In this document: positions 1-9,698 of the stretch, in pieces
How positions within the stretch are numbered: the first letter of the stretch is position 1
How the letters are laid out: every line of letters begins with the position of its first letter
IMG/VR virus record: IMGVR_UViG_3300028676_000005
Span: 62,001-126,000 of that record
Direction: 5' to 3' (one strand)
Length of the DNA stretch: 64,000 nucleotides
The notes under the pieces: model-generated
Told to the model about the DNA's origin: nothing
Databases searched by the model: none
What the model saw: only the letters and a program-made list of their open reading frames with translations
Position numbers and translations under genes: made by a program

Positions 1-1
1 G

Positions 2-964
2 GTTAGCAGCCTCACCAAACTCTGTGTACTTCATCCACCAGTTAGGTCCAATGATACGCTCGAACACTTCCAACATGTCAGCTAACAGTGCTGGATAGTC
101 TTCAGGGAACACATCATCGTTAAACCGAAAGTTGCTAAACAAGATCTCAATGAAGTTTGGATACTTGGAGCGAATCATTTTGCGATTCTTTTCAATACCA
201 AGATCGTCTTCATCAAGAATGGCAAGAACTTCTTTAATACTTTTAATGTCACCATTGGTGATCATGTACTTAAGAGCTTCTAACGCGGCATCTCTTCGTA
301 CATCGCCAAAGCCAGCGGGATAGCTGTTCCAGATACCACGGTAACCGTTACGCATCCCATACTGCGCCGCGTTGTTAAACAGTGTGTTATACAAAGCACT
401 TGTAACGCTGCGGTCTACAAACTGGTCAACACCGGTGAGCTTGGTAAGCATCTTTAACGTGTTACCGCCAATGATACTGCGCCAGTTCTTGTTAGCGGCA
501 AACTTCTTACCGTCTGTAGTAACCAGCCCCCCAAGGTTAACCCCAGTAATGCGGGTAAACTCTGAGTTAATCTCGTTAGCAACTTTTCGCATTGCATTAG
601 ATTCACTGCTAACAGGAAACCCAAGCTGTCGACTAGCCGCTGCTAAGATACCGTCGGTGTCAAACGTAACACCGTCACGACCAACTTTAATACTTTTGGT
701 AATGTCCTTGGTATTAAGCAACCCATGGGAGATTGCGCCAATAACACCATCCAGCACACTTACTACGTCATCACGGTATTCGGTAATGGTACCCTGCACA
801 CCAGTATCACGACTGGTTTTAGTGGCAATACCATTCTTCATCCGATCCGATGTGACGTTCATTGGATCTAAGTTGTCTTGCTTAACCCGAAGCATCGAGT
901 TATTGGTCTTAGTCTTAAACGTGTTAAGACTAGGCGCAAGGTTGACTCCCTGAAACGGGTCCAT
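2..964 (-). CDS. Putative virion structural protein, truncated by the window edge
   Basis: Hand-translated start from ATG at 964 (MDPFQGVNLAPSLNTFKTKTNNSMLRVKQDNLD...) after a GGGG/AAAAGG SD-like sequence. It appears to run off the window, which would explain its absence from the ORF track. Function is inferred from context only. Confidence 0.7.
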   Translation of the reverse strand, partial: MDPFQGVNLAPSLNTFKTKTNNSMLRVKQDNLDPMNVTSDRMKNGIATKTSRDTGVQGTITEYRDDVVSVLDGVIGAISHGLLNTKDITKSIKVGRDGVTFDTDGILAAASRQLGFPVSSESNAMRKVANEINSEFTRITGVNLGGLVTTDGKKFAANKNWRSIIGGNTLKMLTKLTGVDQFVDRSVTSALYNTLFNNAAQYGMRNGYRGIWNSYPAGFGDVRRDAALEALKYMITNGDIKSIKEVLAILDEDDLGIEKNRKMIRSKYPNFIEILFSNFRFNDDVFPEDYPALLADMLEVFERIIGPNWWMKYTEFGEAAN

Positions 965-982
965 AGCTTACCCCTTTTCCTA

Positions 983-1020
983 CAAAAAAATAAAACAAGT
1001 TAAAGGGGGATTTCTCCCCC
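983..1020 (-). terminator. Intrinsic terminator
   Basis: GGGGGA/TCCCCC stem (1005-1020) followed on the minus strand by a T-rich tract, directly after the 1027 stop. Confidence 0.65.
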
Positions 1021-1026
1021 AGTAAC

Positions 1027-1485
1027 TTACTTGTTCTTTTCAGCTTCTTTGGTAACTGCAACTTCGATCAACTTCTTACGATCTCTAGTCACCAACTTGA
1101 TGCTGTCTGAAACCCTTATGATGTTACCATTAAGGTCTTTTACGGTAATGTCTATTTGACATTCTTCAAATTCTGTAATGCTTAAGCCTTCTAAGAATTT
1201 GTTGAATGTTAGTCTGGGTGTATGAAAATAAGTGTCCCGAATATTACCGCTTCGGGTTTGCCGCTCGACTTTAGCCTTTTCTGGATCTGGATTGGTGACT
1301 ACCCAATCGAGATACCGACTTAAGAAGTTATTCCACCGAAATGGGTTCATCTCCATCTTTCTAAGAATTGCACGGAACAGCTTTGCTGGAGAATCCTCTA
1401 ACTGGTGATCCTCGACATACTTAGGAGAAATGGAACTTAGCTTATTTGCTTTGAGTTCTTTCCTCCCTTTAGAGGGCTTTGTCAT
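1027..1485 (-). CDS. Conserved jumbo-phage hypothetical protein
   Basis: 152 aa. The pattern LFR.IL...W..FL..YL...GNI...LTF.KF..GL is recalled from phiKZ-like core proteins. Overlaps the upstream gene. Confidence 0.75.
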   Translation of the reverse strand: MTKPSKGRKELKANKLSSISPKYVEDHQLEDSPAKLFRAILRKMEMNPFRWNNFLSRYLDWVVTNPDPEKAKVERQTRSGNIRDTYFHTPRLTFNKFLEGLSITEFEECQIDITVKDLNGNIIRVSDSIKLVTRDRKKLIEVAVTKEAEKNK

Positions 1486-2080
1486 TGACCAACCTCAACT
1501 GGGAATGGATTGCAATCCGCACCACAGTGAGGAAGTCATCCAGCATTAACTTGAAGTACCGAGAGTTAAAGAACTCCATGAGCCCTACTGACAACTCGAT
1601 ACGGTTAACCGCATCAAAACGTTGGCCTTCTTCCCGCTCGTGTTCTTTAGGGAACTCAAGACAGTAGATGTGCAGTAGCTGTGCAAACTTGTAGATAAAT
1701 GTTTGAGTTGCTTTATGGTTGCTGTGCCAATCCAGAAATTCACGTTCCCTTGTGATGTCACCCAGTTGATGAAAGAACGGATCGAACTTGAAACGCTCGT
1801 CGGTAACTACCCGCTGAAGTAGCTCTAAGGCTTCTCCAGACGTTTTCGTGTAGGCCGAGATGTCGAGTGTCATAAGCCACTCAAAATCGTTTTCAAGCTC
1901 TAGTGGGACGTTCTTAAGACAATCGTATAGATCATGAATTGTTGAGTCAAAGCTGACCATCGGGTGCTTTGCTCTGGCTATAATCAAATCGATGCTTGAG
2001 ATAGCTTCTGAAAACAGTTTACGTTTAATCGGTTTGCCTACAACTGGTAGATCTTTAAACAACAAAAACAACTGGTTCAT
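1469..2080 (-). CDS. Hypothetical protein
   Basis: 203 aa, GGAG SD, directly downstream of an early promoter motif. Confidence 0.8.
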   Translation of the reverse strand: MNQLFLLFKDLPVVGKPIKRKLFSEAISSIDLIIARAKHPMVSFDSTIHDLYDCLKNVPLELENDFEWLMTLDISAYTKTSGEALELLQRVVTDERFKFDPFFHQLGDITREREFLDWHSNHKATQTFIYKFAQLLHIYCLEFPKEHEREEGQRFDAVNRIELSVGLMEFFNSRYFKLMLDDFLTVVRIAIHSQLRLVNDKAL

Positions 2081-2100
2081 AAATTACTCTCCATTATTCT

Positions 2101-2120
2101 ACTTAAGTAATATAGGTTTA
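2101..2120 (-). promoter_or_regulatory. Phage early promoter (CCTATATTAC-N4-GT)
   Basis: Matches the phiKZ early TATATTAC core; one of 8 intergenic copies. Confidence 0.75.
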
Positions 2121-2127
2121 AAAAATT

Positions 2128-2661
2128 ATGACAACGCTAATTACTGAGACCATCGACACTACTGTTTCGGCTACCCCTTTAGTGGATCAGAAACGTAAGA
2201 TAGAAGAAGATGATGTTAACAACCTTCTCCAACTTCTTGCTGATACTCTTCACCCTCAAGAAGAAGATAAAGAGCAAGTTAGCTTCGTTACTGCTCTGCA
2301 ACAGAACCGTCAATTTCTTCTGCGTTATGCAATGCAGTCTTACATGGATAACCCTCGTAGTGCTAGTTTGCTTGAAGGTGTTACCTCCCTTATTGGCCAC
2401 ATGGAAAAGACTGTACGGGACGACCGTAAAGAACGAGCCAAGAAACAAGAGAACCAAGATAACGTTGTATCGTTTAAGCAGATGCTTGATGCAATGAACA
2501 TGATCAAGACTGGTGCTCTTGCAATTCCTGTGTTCGACTTTAACAGCTTTATGCCTGACCCTAGTAAAAGTCTCATCGAAGGATTGGACGTTAAGCCAAT
2601 CAGTGAAAACGAGCTTGTACAAGGTAATCAGATTGTTGATATTGCCGGTAATCCGGTTTGA
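2128..2661 (+). CDS. Hypothetical protein
   Basis: 177 aa ORF ending at a convergent hairpin. Confidence 0.8.
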   Translation: MTTLITETIDTTVSATPLVDQKRKIEEDDVNNLLQLLADTLHPQEEDKEQVSFVTALQQNRQFLLRYAMQSYMDNPRSASLLEGVTSLIGHMEKTVRDDRKERAKKQENQDNVVSFKQMLDAMNMIKTGALAIPVFDFNSFMPDPSKSLIEGLDVKPISENELVQGNQIVDIAGNPV

Positions 2662-2671
2662 CGTAATAAGA

Positions 2672-2710
2672 CCTATACCCTACCGGCCCAGAAGGCCGGT
2701 AGGGTATAGG
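2672..2710. terminator. Bidirectional hairpin terminator
   Basis: Perfect 17-bp stem CCTATACCCTACCGGCC between convergent genes. Confidence 0.8.
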
Positions 2711-2720
2711 GTTATGTTCG

Positions 2721-3500
2721 CTAGTCAAGATAGTCGTACAGACTGTGCTCGATAGGCAACAGCTTAAGCGAAGGACCCAGGGAGATGAAAGATGCAAGCA
2801 TCCAGTCTTTGGTGTCCCCTTCAAAAGTGTTCTGGCTAAACAGCTGAATGTCTGGAACAACAAACGACGTATCCGGAATAGGCTTAATCGTAAACGTGTC
2901 CATCAAAGCCTTGCTACTTTCATCCAGCAGCAAGTTGTAACGGAAGACATGGTTGTACTGACCGTAGAACGCAGCATCTTGCAGGCTTTGGTCAGAGAAG
3001 ATCGTCTTGATCTCAAACATACCTTTAAAGCTAACACGCAAAGACTCCTTAAGCATGTTGAGGAGGTCCTCATCAAAGCTGTAGGGAAATGTGTTAACAA
3101 ACAATTTAATCGAAGAGATCTCGATTGGGCGTTCTGCAATGTTTTCAATATCCATGACACAAGAAAACAATCGCTTAGTAAGAGCGGTAGGATAAAACAT
3201 CCCAGTAGCCCAATGCTCAACTGAACGCTTATCGTAGATCTCTTTAAATTTAGCCTGATCGATACCCAACCCAGGATAACTGAACGTGTCGTAACGACGC
3301 TCCCTGTAGTTCCTGGAAAGGTATTTATCCCACAGCTCATCGCCTTTGCTTTTGCGCAGGTTAGCGTAGTCGACTTCTTCTTTATCAGTCTGACCAGCTA
3401 CTGGGGGGAAATCTTTCTCAGTTAACAGGTATTGCAGTAACGCACGGCGCACATCGTAGAAAGAATCCAGATCCGCGTAGATAAGAATGTCTTTATTCAT
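2721..3500 (-). CDS. Conserved jumbo-phage hypothetical protein with a HAD-like N-terminus
   Basis: 259 aa; N-terminal IYADLDSFYDVR; ATGA overlap with the upstream gene. Confidence 0.75.
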   Translation of the reverse strand: MNKDILIYADLDSFYDVRRALLQYLLTEKDFPPVAGQTDKEEVDYANLRKSKGDELWDKYLSRNYRERRYDTFSYPGLGIDQAKFKEIYDKRSVEHWATGMFYPTALTKRLFSCVMDIENIAERPIEISSIKLFVNTFPYSFDEDLLNMLKESLRVSFKGMFEIKTIFSDQSLQDAAFYGQYNHVFRYNLLLDESSKALMDTFTIKPIPDTSFVVPDIQLFSQNTFEGDTKDWMLASFISLGPSLKLLPIEHSLYDYLD

Positions 3501-4033
3501 TTACCAGGGCCTTTAGCTTTAGGCTCAACAGGCCTAGGTGGAGCTTTAGTCACGCTGGCCACGTAGAAACGCAACACCAACAGAATGACGTAGTCAATCC
3601 GCATTGATGGTACGCTACCAAGTGTTGGTGCAGTCGAGCCGCTACCGTCAAACAGTTTGCGAGCAAACAGCTCATCGCCGCCGGGAGCGTCACGAAAGAT
3701 GCGCTTAGCCAGATCCAGAAACTTTGAAAGAGTAGCATTGGATTCTTCACCCAGCTCGGTTACAAAGGTCAGCAAGAAAACACGCCACCGATCATTCAGC
3801 ATGTTAACTTTCTTACCAACACTTAGTTTCTTGTTAAATTCCTCGTAGGCTTTGTCGAACTCTACCAATGGAATAAGAAAGATTGTCTTAACTTCTTCTA
3901 TCAGATCCCGGGTCTCATCAATGTCGCTAAAGTCCCAGTCGTTAAACATGCCAATTGCCAGGTTACGCAAGAAAGGTAACCCGGTGAGATTTTCCTCGGT
4001 AATAACTACCGAAGGTGATTCAACCTTATCCAT
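3497..4033 (-). CDS. Hypothetical protein
   Basis: 178 aa, in operon with the vRNAP subunit gene. Confidence 0.8.
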   Translation of the reverse strand: MDKVESPSVVITEENLTGLPFLRNLAIGMFNDWDFSDIDETRDLIEEVKTIFLIPLVEFDKAYEEFNKKLSVGKKVNMLNDRWRVFLLTFVTELGEESNATLSKFLDLAKRIFRDAPGGDELFARKLFDGSGSTAPTLGSVPSMRIDYVILLVLRFYVASVTKAPPRPVEPKAKGPGK

Positions 4034-4035
4034 GA

Positions 4036-4719
4036 TTAGCCCATCCGTTTGTTGATGTTGCTATCCAAGTGCCGTGCACGAAACAGATAATAAACCGTCT
4101 GTAGTACTTTGGCAATGGACCCTTTACGAAGGCTTGCGTTGGTGTTAGTCTTACCGGTGGTTAACAGGTCATTCTTGTAATGACGCAGTGCATCCAAGTC
4201 GCCACCTTTAACGTTGTACAATTCGTTGGACATGATGTCCAGGCCCAAGTTACGAAGAACAGTAATCTCAGGCTGACTCACGCCAGTACTACGACTGTCA
4301 CCCATTACTTGGCCGGTGAGGTCATCAATGTTGTGGTCGTTAGTCGCAGCACCAAACTTGGTTACCAGCATCTGACGTTGTTTACGGATACGCACCAGGC
4401 CGGTAATTGCGGTGTGCGGTGTAACAGACTTAATCCCGGTGTCACCGTCATAGACAACCAACTGCTGCTCATACTCAACGCCATACTTCTTGGCAAGACG
4501 TTGAATAACCGCAAAGTCAATCATCTCTTTACGGTCCCAGTTGCTAATCCAAACACTGAGTGGTTTACCCGCCTCAATAGCAACTACGATGTCGTCTAAC
4601 TGTTTATCGTTAAGAACAGCAAACAGCTTGCGGTAAATTTTGCCATTACCACCACCAGGAGTAAGCGCGTCCATAAACTCCAGGATGAACTTCTCAAAAC
4701 CTGCACGATTACCAGCCAT
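4036..4719 (-). CDS. Virion RNA polymerase beta subunit, C-terminal fragment (phiKZ gp149-like)
   Basis: IDDLTGQVMGDSRSTGVSQPEITVLRNLG...ELYNVKGGD aligns with the RpoB C-terminus ([31 protein letters not shown]...EMLTVKSDD). Lies next to uvsX as in phiKZ-like phages. Confidence 0.85.
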   Translation of the reverse strand: MAGNRAGFEKFILEFMDALTPGGGNGKIYRKLFAVLNDKQLDDIVVAIEAGKPLSVWISNWDRKEMIDFAVIQRLAKKYGVEYEQQLVVYDGDTGIKSVTPHTAITGLVRIRKQRQMLVTKFGAATNDHNIDDLTGQVMGDSRSTGVSQPEITVLRNLGLDIMSNELYNVKGGDLDALRHYKNDLLTTGKTNTNASLRKGSIAKVLQTVYYLFRARHLDSNINKRMG

Positions 4720-4722
4720 GAT

Positions 4723-5091
4723 TTACTTCCTTTCGTAGCCGAACGTGGTGATGGTCTTTTGCGCGTTGCCAAGAACTTCTTTAGCCGCGGCCATGAATGG
4801 ATCACTAGAGCTGTTAGTCACGACCAACAGTTCATCTACAATCCCGGCCACGTTTTCCAATGTTTGACCAAATACAGTTTTGTTTTTGTCATCTACTGCC
4901 AAAGCTTTGAATGCTTCGTCAATAGTACTTACACCGTAACGACCGCTCACTGTCATTACAGTAACATTCGTTGAGCGCTTGCCCAAAATTGTACGCAACC
5001 GAGTAAGGTAATCGATCGGGTTTTTACACAAACTAACAAAGCCGCTATCGGCAACTACCAGAACTACACTAGAACTAATAACAGGTGTCAT
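4723..5091 (-). CDS. Hypothetical protein
   Basis: 122 aa, tightly packed in the operon. Confidence 0.7.
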   Translation of the reverse strand: MTPVISSSVVLVVADSGFVSLCKNPIDYLTRLRTILGKRSTNVTVMTVSGRYGVSTIDEAFKALAVDDKNKTVFGQTLENVAGIVDELLVVTNSSSDPFMAAAKEVLGNAQKTITTFGYERK

Positions 5092-5165
5092 CCCTTGTTA
5101 CCCCTAACAAAAATAAATATAGTAGGGTTCCCGTAAAAGAAGAACCCCTCTATAAAAGTGATAAA

Positions 5166-6644
5166 TTACTTAATCCAATATGGCTTACGCTCGCCAATAG
5201 CGATACGAAGCAGTTCCAGGGTAGGCAAGGAGTGCTTGGTAATCAAAGGGTTGGTGTGCCAGTAATCAACAGTGTTGCTCAAAATATCGTCCCAGTCGTA
5301 GCCCTGGTCTTTGATCTTGTCATACAGCTCTTTTGGAGTCATACGATACTTGCGGTCCAGATCCAACCAGATCTGCTGCATGTGACCCATCTGATAGCAA
5401 ATGGTCAGCGCCCGATAAAGTTTCGGGTCAGACATGGTCTTGTCCCAGATTGTAGTACGACCAACTTTCAGTTCTGGATACAGAACGTTCCAGTGACTGA
5501 TAGCCGAACCTTCAAAACCCCACATCTTGGCGGTCTTGCAATAGTGGTACATGGTCAACCCAAATTGTACTCCGAGGCTTTGTGAGCCAATAAAGAAAAA
5601 GTCGCCACCAGAAAGGCCACTCTTATTACGGAATACGTTAAATGGGTAGAACAGAAGATCAGGGTTTTCTTTTGCATTTGGGTCCAGTACAACGTCATTG
5701 CCAAATGGATTTGGATACATCCATTCTTGGTTACTCTTCATTGCGCTACCGCTGACGATACGAATACCCGTCTGTGGAATACGCAGCATGGAACGTGGGG
5801 CTTTCAGCTTTTTGCCAGGAGCAATAAAGACCGATTCTTTTTCTTGTGGACGGCCGGTCATGTTGATAACGTCAGTGATCTGAGCAGTCCACCATTGGAA
5901 CATGCCAATCTCACCACCGAGGTTATCGGCATCTTCAAACACGATACGACGCATGTTACCGATTTGCATGTCACGGGTGCGCTTCTCACCACCGTCATCC
6001 ACGTCACCTTCCTGGAAGTGAGCAGAGACCTTGTGGAAAGGCATTTCAGAGATCGAGTCAACAAAGGACATGATCGGGGTAATGTGTTGCAACGGTTTAC
6101 CGTCATTGCCAAAATAAGGCAGGTCCATGTAGACCCCTTTCTTCTTGGCTTTGATATCCGCTTTAACTTTGGTGTTCAGGTCTTTGAACAGATGGTGGAC
6201 CCAAGTACCGTCAACACCGGAAATAGTACCTTCCAGAGCAGGGTTCTTGAATGGGTTAGCATTCACATCGTTCTTGTTGAAATAGAAGAAGCGTTTGTTA
6301 AACACGTTCTTCATGAATTCGCCAGGGATGCCTGCGTGACGGTCGTACGCTTTAGCAATACGAGTCATTTGCAAGGTGGCCTCGATATCTACCACAAAGG
6401 CAACCGACGTGGGGATACGCCACAGGACGGTAACGATGTCTTCAATGCTGCTACCGGTCTTTTGAGTGTTGCTACCGCCAGTCTTGGCGTTATTATGTAC
6501 AGCCCCGCCATTCAGCCACATGACACCGTCACGGCCCAGAACATATTCACCGTTGATGATGTCAGAAATGGGGTTAATGTTTAATGCCGGAATGATAGAA
6601 TCGGAAGACTCTACTTCTTCTAAGAAGCTAAATGCTGATGACAT
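5166..6644 (-). CDS. uvsX: UvsX/RecA-like recombinase (phiKZ gp152-like)
   Basis: Variant Walker A GGSNTQKT, VVDIE, Walker B FVDSISE; 492 aa; synteny with the vRNAP fragment and RNase H-like genes. Confidence 0.85.
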   Translation of the reverse strand: MSSAFSFLEEVESSDSIIPALNINPISDIINGEYVLGRDGVMWLNGGAVHNNAKTGGSNTQKTGSSIEDIVTVLWRIPTSVAFVVDIEATLQMTRIAKAYDRHAGIPGEFMKNVFNKRFFYFNKNDVNANPFKNPALEGTISGVDGTWVHHLFKDLNTKVKADIKAKKKGVYMDLPYFGNDGKPLQHITPIMSFVDSISEMPFHKVSAHFQEGDVDDGGEKRTRDMQIGNMRRIVFEDADNLGGEIGMFQWWTAQITDVINMTGRPQEKESVFIAPGKKLKAPRSMLRIPQTGIRIVSGSAMKSNQEWMYPNPFGNDVVLDPNAKENPDLLFYPFNVFRNKSGLSGGDFFFIGSQSLGVQFGLTMYHYCKTAKMWGFEGSAISHWNVLYPELKVGRTTIWDKTMSDPKLYRALTICYQMGHMQQIWLDLDRKYRMTPKELYDKIKDQGYDWDDILSNTVDYWHTNPLITKHSLPTLELLRIAIGERKPYWIK

Positions 6645-6727
6645 TTATCCCGTTTCCTGTATTTTATGAAAAATATTTTAAATAGAGCAAAAAAGCTCTA
6701 TCAGCTTATACTTATGATGAGGTAGTT

Positions 6728-7594
6728 ATGAAACACTTAAACCCTTCTAACAACGTTGGCACTACCTCTGAACAAGAAGCTGCCCAACGTCGTGAAGTTA
6801 TCCGTTCAGTACAACATCCAGAAATTTTGAGCATCTCCGGTTTTGAAGCACTGAGCATCGGTGAAAGCATTAATCTCTTCCTCAAAGAGATTGGTGGTGG
6901 CATGGACCGTCGTCTGGCTTCTCTGTCCAAGAGTGTCCACCCAGTAGAGTTCCTCAGCGTTAAGCGAGAACTGGAAAAGAATGGCATCCTTTACGTTAAG
7001 AATACCACTGTCCAAATCCTGACACCAGAAGCTTTCATTCCTGGTATGGGTAACATGATGGGGTACACCAAAGCTGTTATCAGCGGCGCTTACATCATTG
7101 GTAGTCTTAAAACTGAGGCGGCCAGGCTATATGATTGGCTTAAGCAGGTAGTCTCTAAAGGCCGTATGGAGAGTGATTTCAAGTGGGCCGTAAGTGACTT
7201 CTCCATGGCTGTTAACAAGGCTGAGACTTTCCTTAAAGACCTGCCTGAGACCAGTCGTTCGGTTACTTACAACCTTAATCAAGTGTACATGAGCTTTGAC
7301 GAAATGTGGGACGTGCTCAACACGTTTAACAACGCTGTCAAAACTATCGGTGGTCGTGATGTGGAAGTGCTCGCCAAAACCTGGCAAGACGTTTACAACA
7401 TCGGGCAACTGTTGGTGCGCAAGATTAAAGCAAGTGACCTGATCATTGACGAGCAGACCATGCAGGACATTGAACAGGTTGTTACCAAGTTCTCTGGCTT
7501 GAATAACGTGGCTGCTGCAATGATGGTGTTGACTAACGAACTTTCTGCGGTGTTTGCTGCACAAGTAGAAACCGTTAAGAAACTTCAGTACTAA
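6728..7594 (+). CDS. Putative virion/head protein (phiKZ gp153-like position)
   Basis: 288 aa, GAGG SD; SGFE-AL is a candidate prohead-protease (S/A/G-X-E) site; divergent from uvsX. Confidence 0.65.
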   Translation: MKHLNPSNNVGTTSEQEAAQRREVIRSVQHPEILSISGFEALSIGESINLFLKEIGGGMDRRLASLSKSVHPVEFLSVKRELEKNGILYVKNTTVQILTPEAFIPGMGNMMGYTKAVISGAYIIGSLKTEAARLYDWLKQVVSKGRMESDFKWAVSDFSMAVNKAETFLKDLPETSRSVTYNLNQVYMSFDEMWDVLNTFNNAVKTIGGRDVEVLAKTWQDVYNIGQLLVRKIKASDLIIDEQTMQDIEQVVTKFSGLNNVAAAMMVLTNELSAVFAAQVETVKKLQY

Positions 7595-7605
7595 GCAGAT
7601 ATAAC

Positions 7606-7643
7606 CCTATACCCAGGAGCCCTCGCAGGCTCCTGGGTATAGG
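7606..7643. terminator. Bidirectional hairpin terminator
   Basis: Perfect 16-bp stem CCTATACCCAGGAGCC between convergent genes. Confidence 0.8.
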
Positions 7644-7649
7644 TGTGCT

Positions 7650-9161
7650 TTAAGCTTTCTCTTTGCTTCGACCTAATTCAGCCAATGACAATACCTTGAG
7701 ATTGGCTTCGGCAGAGGTATGGATATAGATGTGATCATCCGTCTCTACCAATGTGCAATACCGCACACCATTTGCATTACGTGTGTCAGCCGCTACCCAG
7801 ACTTTTGCATTTGGGCAGGTAATCGAGTTAAACGAGTTCCGATCGGGCATGTCATACCCAACGCTAAGAGTCAGCACAACAGGCTTAACTGCTTTAGGGT
7901 GAGGCACACTAAACTTGAAAACAGTCTTCAGCGTATTGAATGCTGGATTAAGAGTGACTTTAATATCACCCTTCTTGTTTTCTGTCTTGACCAAGAAGTC
8001 GTCGGTAACATCAATAAACGTGGTAGTGCCATGCTTGTTGTTGTCATCACGCGCTTTAAACATGTTCAGCAGTACATCTAACCCTGCCAACTCATCACGA
8101 ATGCGATAACTCATGAGCACCGGAGAAATCAACTCAATAAGAATTGGTTTGCCGTTACCTTTGGTTACTGGTGACACCAAGTTGTTGCCTTCACGAATTG
8201 CCGGATGCGTGTCAATCAAACGAGCAACTTCTTTACTTGTCAGGTGATTAAGATCACCACCCACCAAATAACCGTTCGGGTTGTCAACCTTACGAGTTGT
8301 GAACTCAAACAGCTTATCCAACAAGGCTATTGGAGTTTTGGTGTACAACGCCGAATAGGTAACATCGGGTGTTGTCTTGCCGTAATAGTTCTTGTCTGGT
8401 TCAACTTTACCAAACGAGTACTTACGGTACCCATGAATAAGCTCGTAAAACACTTCTACGTTAAGACTGTCGTAATACCACCGAGTGGCCGTAACAAGTT
8501 TATTAAAATCAGTTTCGGGGTTTTCGTAAACTTTGCGAGGTACAACAAAGAAGTCGATTGCCTTGTCGTCACTAAACGTAGAGATAACTTCCGCCATCTC
8601 CACTTGCTTAAACGCAAGACGATTACCCGCCCCACCTTCAGCGCTGCCCGGGAAGTCAAAGATAACTTTAGAAACACCAGCCGCTTTAAAGGCATCAATA
8701 ACCAGCACAGTCTCTTTGAGCACCTCCATGTCAGCCGGCGATAGTTCCAGCTTACCGAAGGTTACCTTTTCCTTTAACGTTGCTGTAGTGAGCTTGTAGA
8801 CCTCCTGCAACACCTTGTGCGGGGTGATCAAACAAAGATTCTTATAAACTGAACCTTCTTCTACAAACTTAGCCAATACCGTTTTAAAACCAAGCAACAC
8901 AGCCTGAATCAAACTGTCAGCGTTGGGAATGGTCATCGAGATAATATCATCAACGACAACCACGGTATTCGCCTTCTGGGTATTACTTACATAATACCCA
9001 TTTGTGGTCGCAACATCTTTAGCAAGCTTCTTCTTACCTTCGTTAGCCACGGTATATGTGTACCCATGGCCTCCTAAGTAATGCAGTTGCTTGCGTCGCA
9101 CTTCCAATGTTTTGGCCGACATGTACAGGACCAAATTCATTGTGCGTTCTAAATCTGCCAT
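7650..9161 (-). CDS. RNase H-like protein (phiKZ gp155-like), catalytic motifs appear degenerate
   Basis: 503 aa; LVLY...G.HGYTY N-terminus and GNRLA motif; size and position match gp155. Confidence 0.65.
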   Translation of the reverse strand: MADLERTMNLVLYMSAKTLEVRRKQLHYLGGHGYTYTVANEGKKKLAKDVATTNGYYVSNTQKANTVVVVDDIISMTIPNADSLIQAVLLGFKTVLAKFVEEGSVYKNLCLITPHKVLQEVYKLTTATLKEKVTFGKLELSPADMEVLKETVLVIDAFKAAGVSKVIFDFPGSAEGGAGNRLAFKQVEMAEVISTFSDDKAIDFFVVPRKVYENPETDFNKLVTATRWYYDSLNVEVFYELIHGYRKYSFGKVEPDKNYYGKTTPDVTYSALYTKTPIALLDKLFEFTTRKVDNPNGYLVGGDLNHLTSKEVARLIDTHPAIREGNNLVSPVTKGNGKPILIELISPVLMSYRIRDELAGLDVLLNMFKARDDNNKHGTTTFIDVTDDFLVKTENKKGDIKVTLNPAFNTLKTVFKFSVPHPKAVKPVVLTLSVGYDMPDRNSFNSITCPNAKVWVAADTRNANGVRYCTLVETDDHIYIHTSAEANLKVLSLAELGRSKEKA

Positions 9162-9219
9162 TTTGTCTACTCTTAACTAGCCTGCCCATAGAAGACCAGC
9201 GCAGTAAAGTTTAATTACC

Positions 9220-9672
9220 CTACTTAACGCACTTTTGCAACAGCACTGAATTGTTCTGTCGTAACAACTGAACTTCTTTGTTCTGACTAGATAACAACAC
9301 CTGAATCCAATAGTTCTCATAGAACAAGGTGATGTTAGCATCAGTTAATTTCGTGTTCTCTTTACGCAGGGTATTGGCGTAGCCGTCAATTGACTCAGTC
9401 AAATTGCTAAGCGCTTTGGCGTTCCCCACCATGTTCTCCGGCTTTAACAGAAATCCTAGCTTGTCAATAGCAGATTCATAGTCCTTCATTGCTCGTCTGA
9501 TATTTAGGTCATCTATTACAAGACCTGCAACCGCAATGGTCAAAACTGTAATGAGAATAGAAGTTGTCTTTAGAGCCGATGTGAGTCGGTCTTCAGGCGT
9601 ATCACCCTTAGACATATGGAGGGCGAATTCTATGAATCTGTCAACTAGCTCTTTTATGAGCGTAAACTGCAT
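9220..9672 (-). CDS. Membrane-anchored coiled-coil protein
   Basis: One hydrophobic segment (SILITVLTIAVAGLVI) followed by a heptad-like region; AAGGA SD. Confidence 0.7.
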   Translation of the reverse strand: MQFTLIKELVDRFIEFALHMSKGDTPEDRLTSALKTTSILITVLTIAVAGLVIDDLNIRRAMKDYESAIDKLGFLLKPENMVGNAKALSNLTESIDGYANTLRKENTKLTDANITLFYENYWIQVLLSSQNKEVQLLRQNNSVLLQKCVK

Positions 9673-9698
9673 ATATTTCCTTATATTGAGGGTTAGTA

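Noticed and set aside
372-953. 193-aa plus-strand ORF at the window start
   Set aside because: The real gene is the minus-strand frame from 964 that runs off the window.
6450-6490. Non-canonical Walker A (GGSNTQKT) as evidence of a dead UvsX
   Set aside because: Jumbo-phage UvsX proteins, as recalled, commonly lack the second Gly; the Lys-Thr and Walker B are intact.
9220-9672. Possible holin or i-spanin
   Set aside because: The topology fits loosely, but there is no adjacent endolysin or lipoprotein o-spanin.
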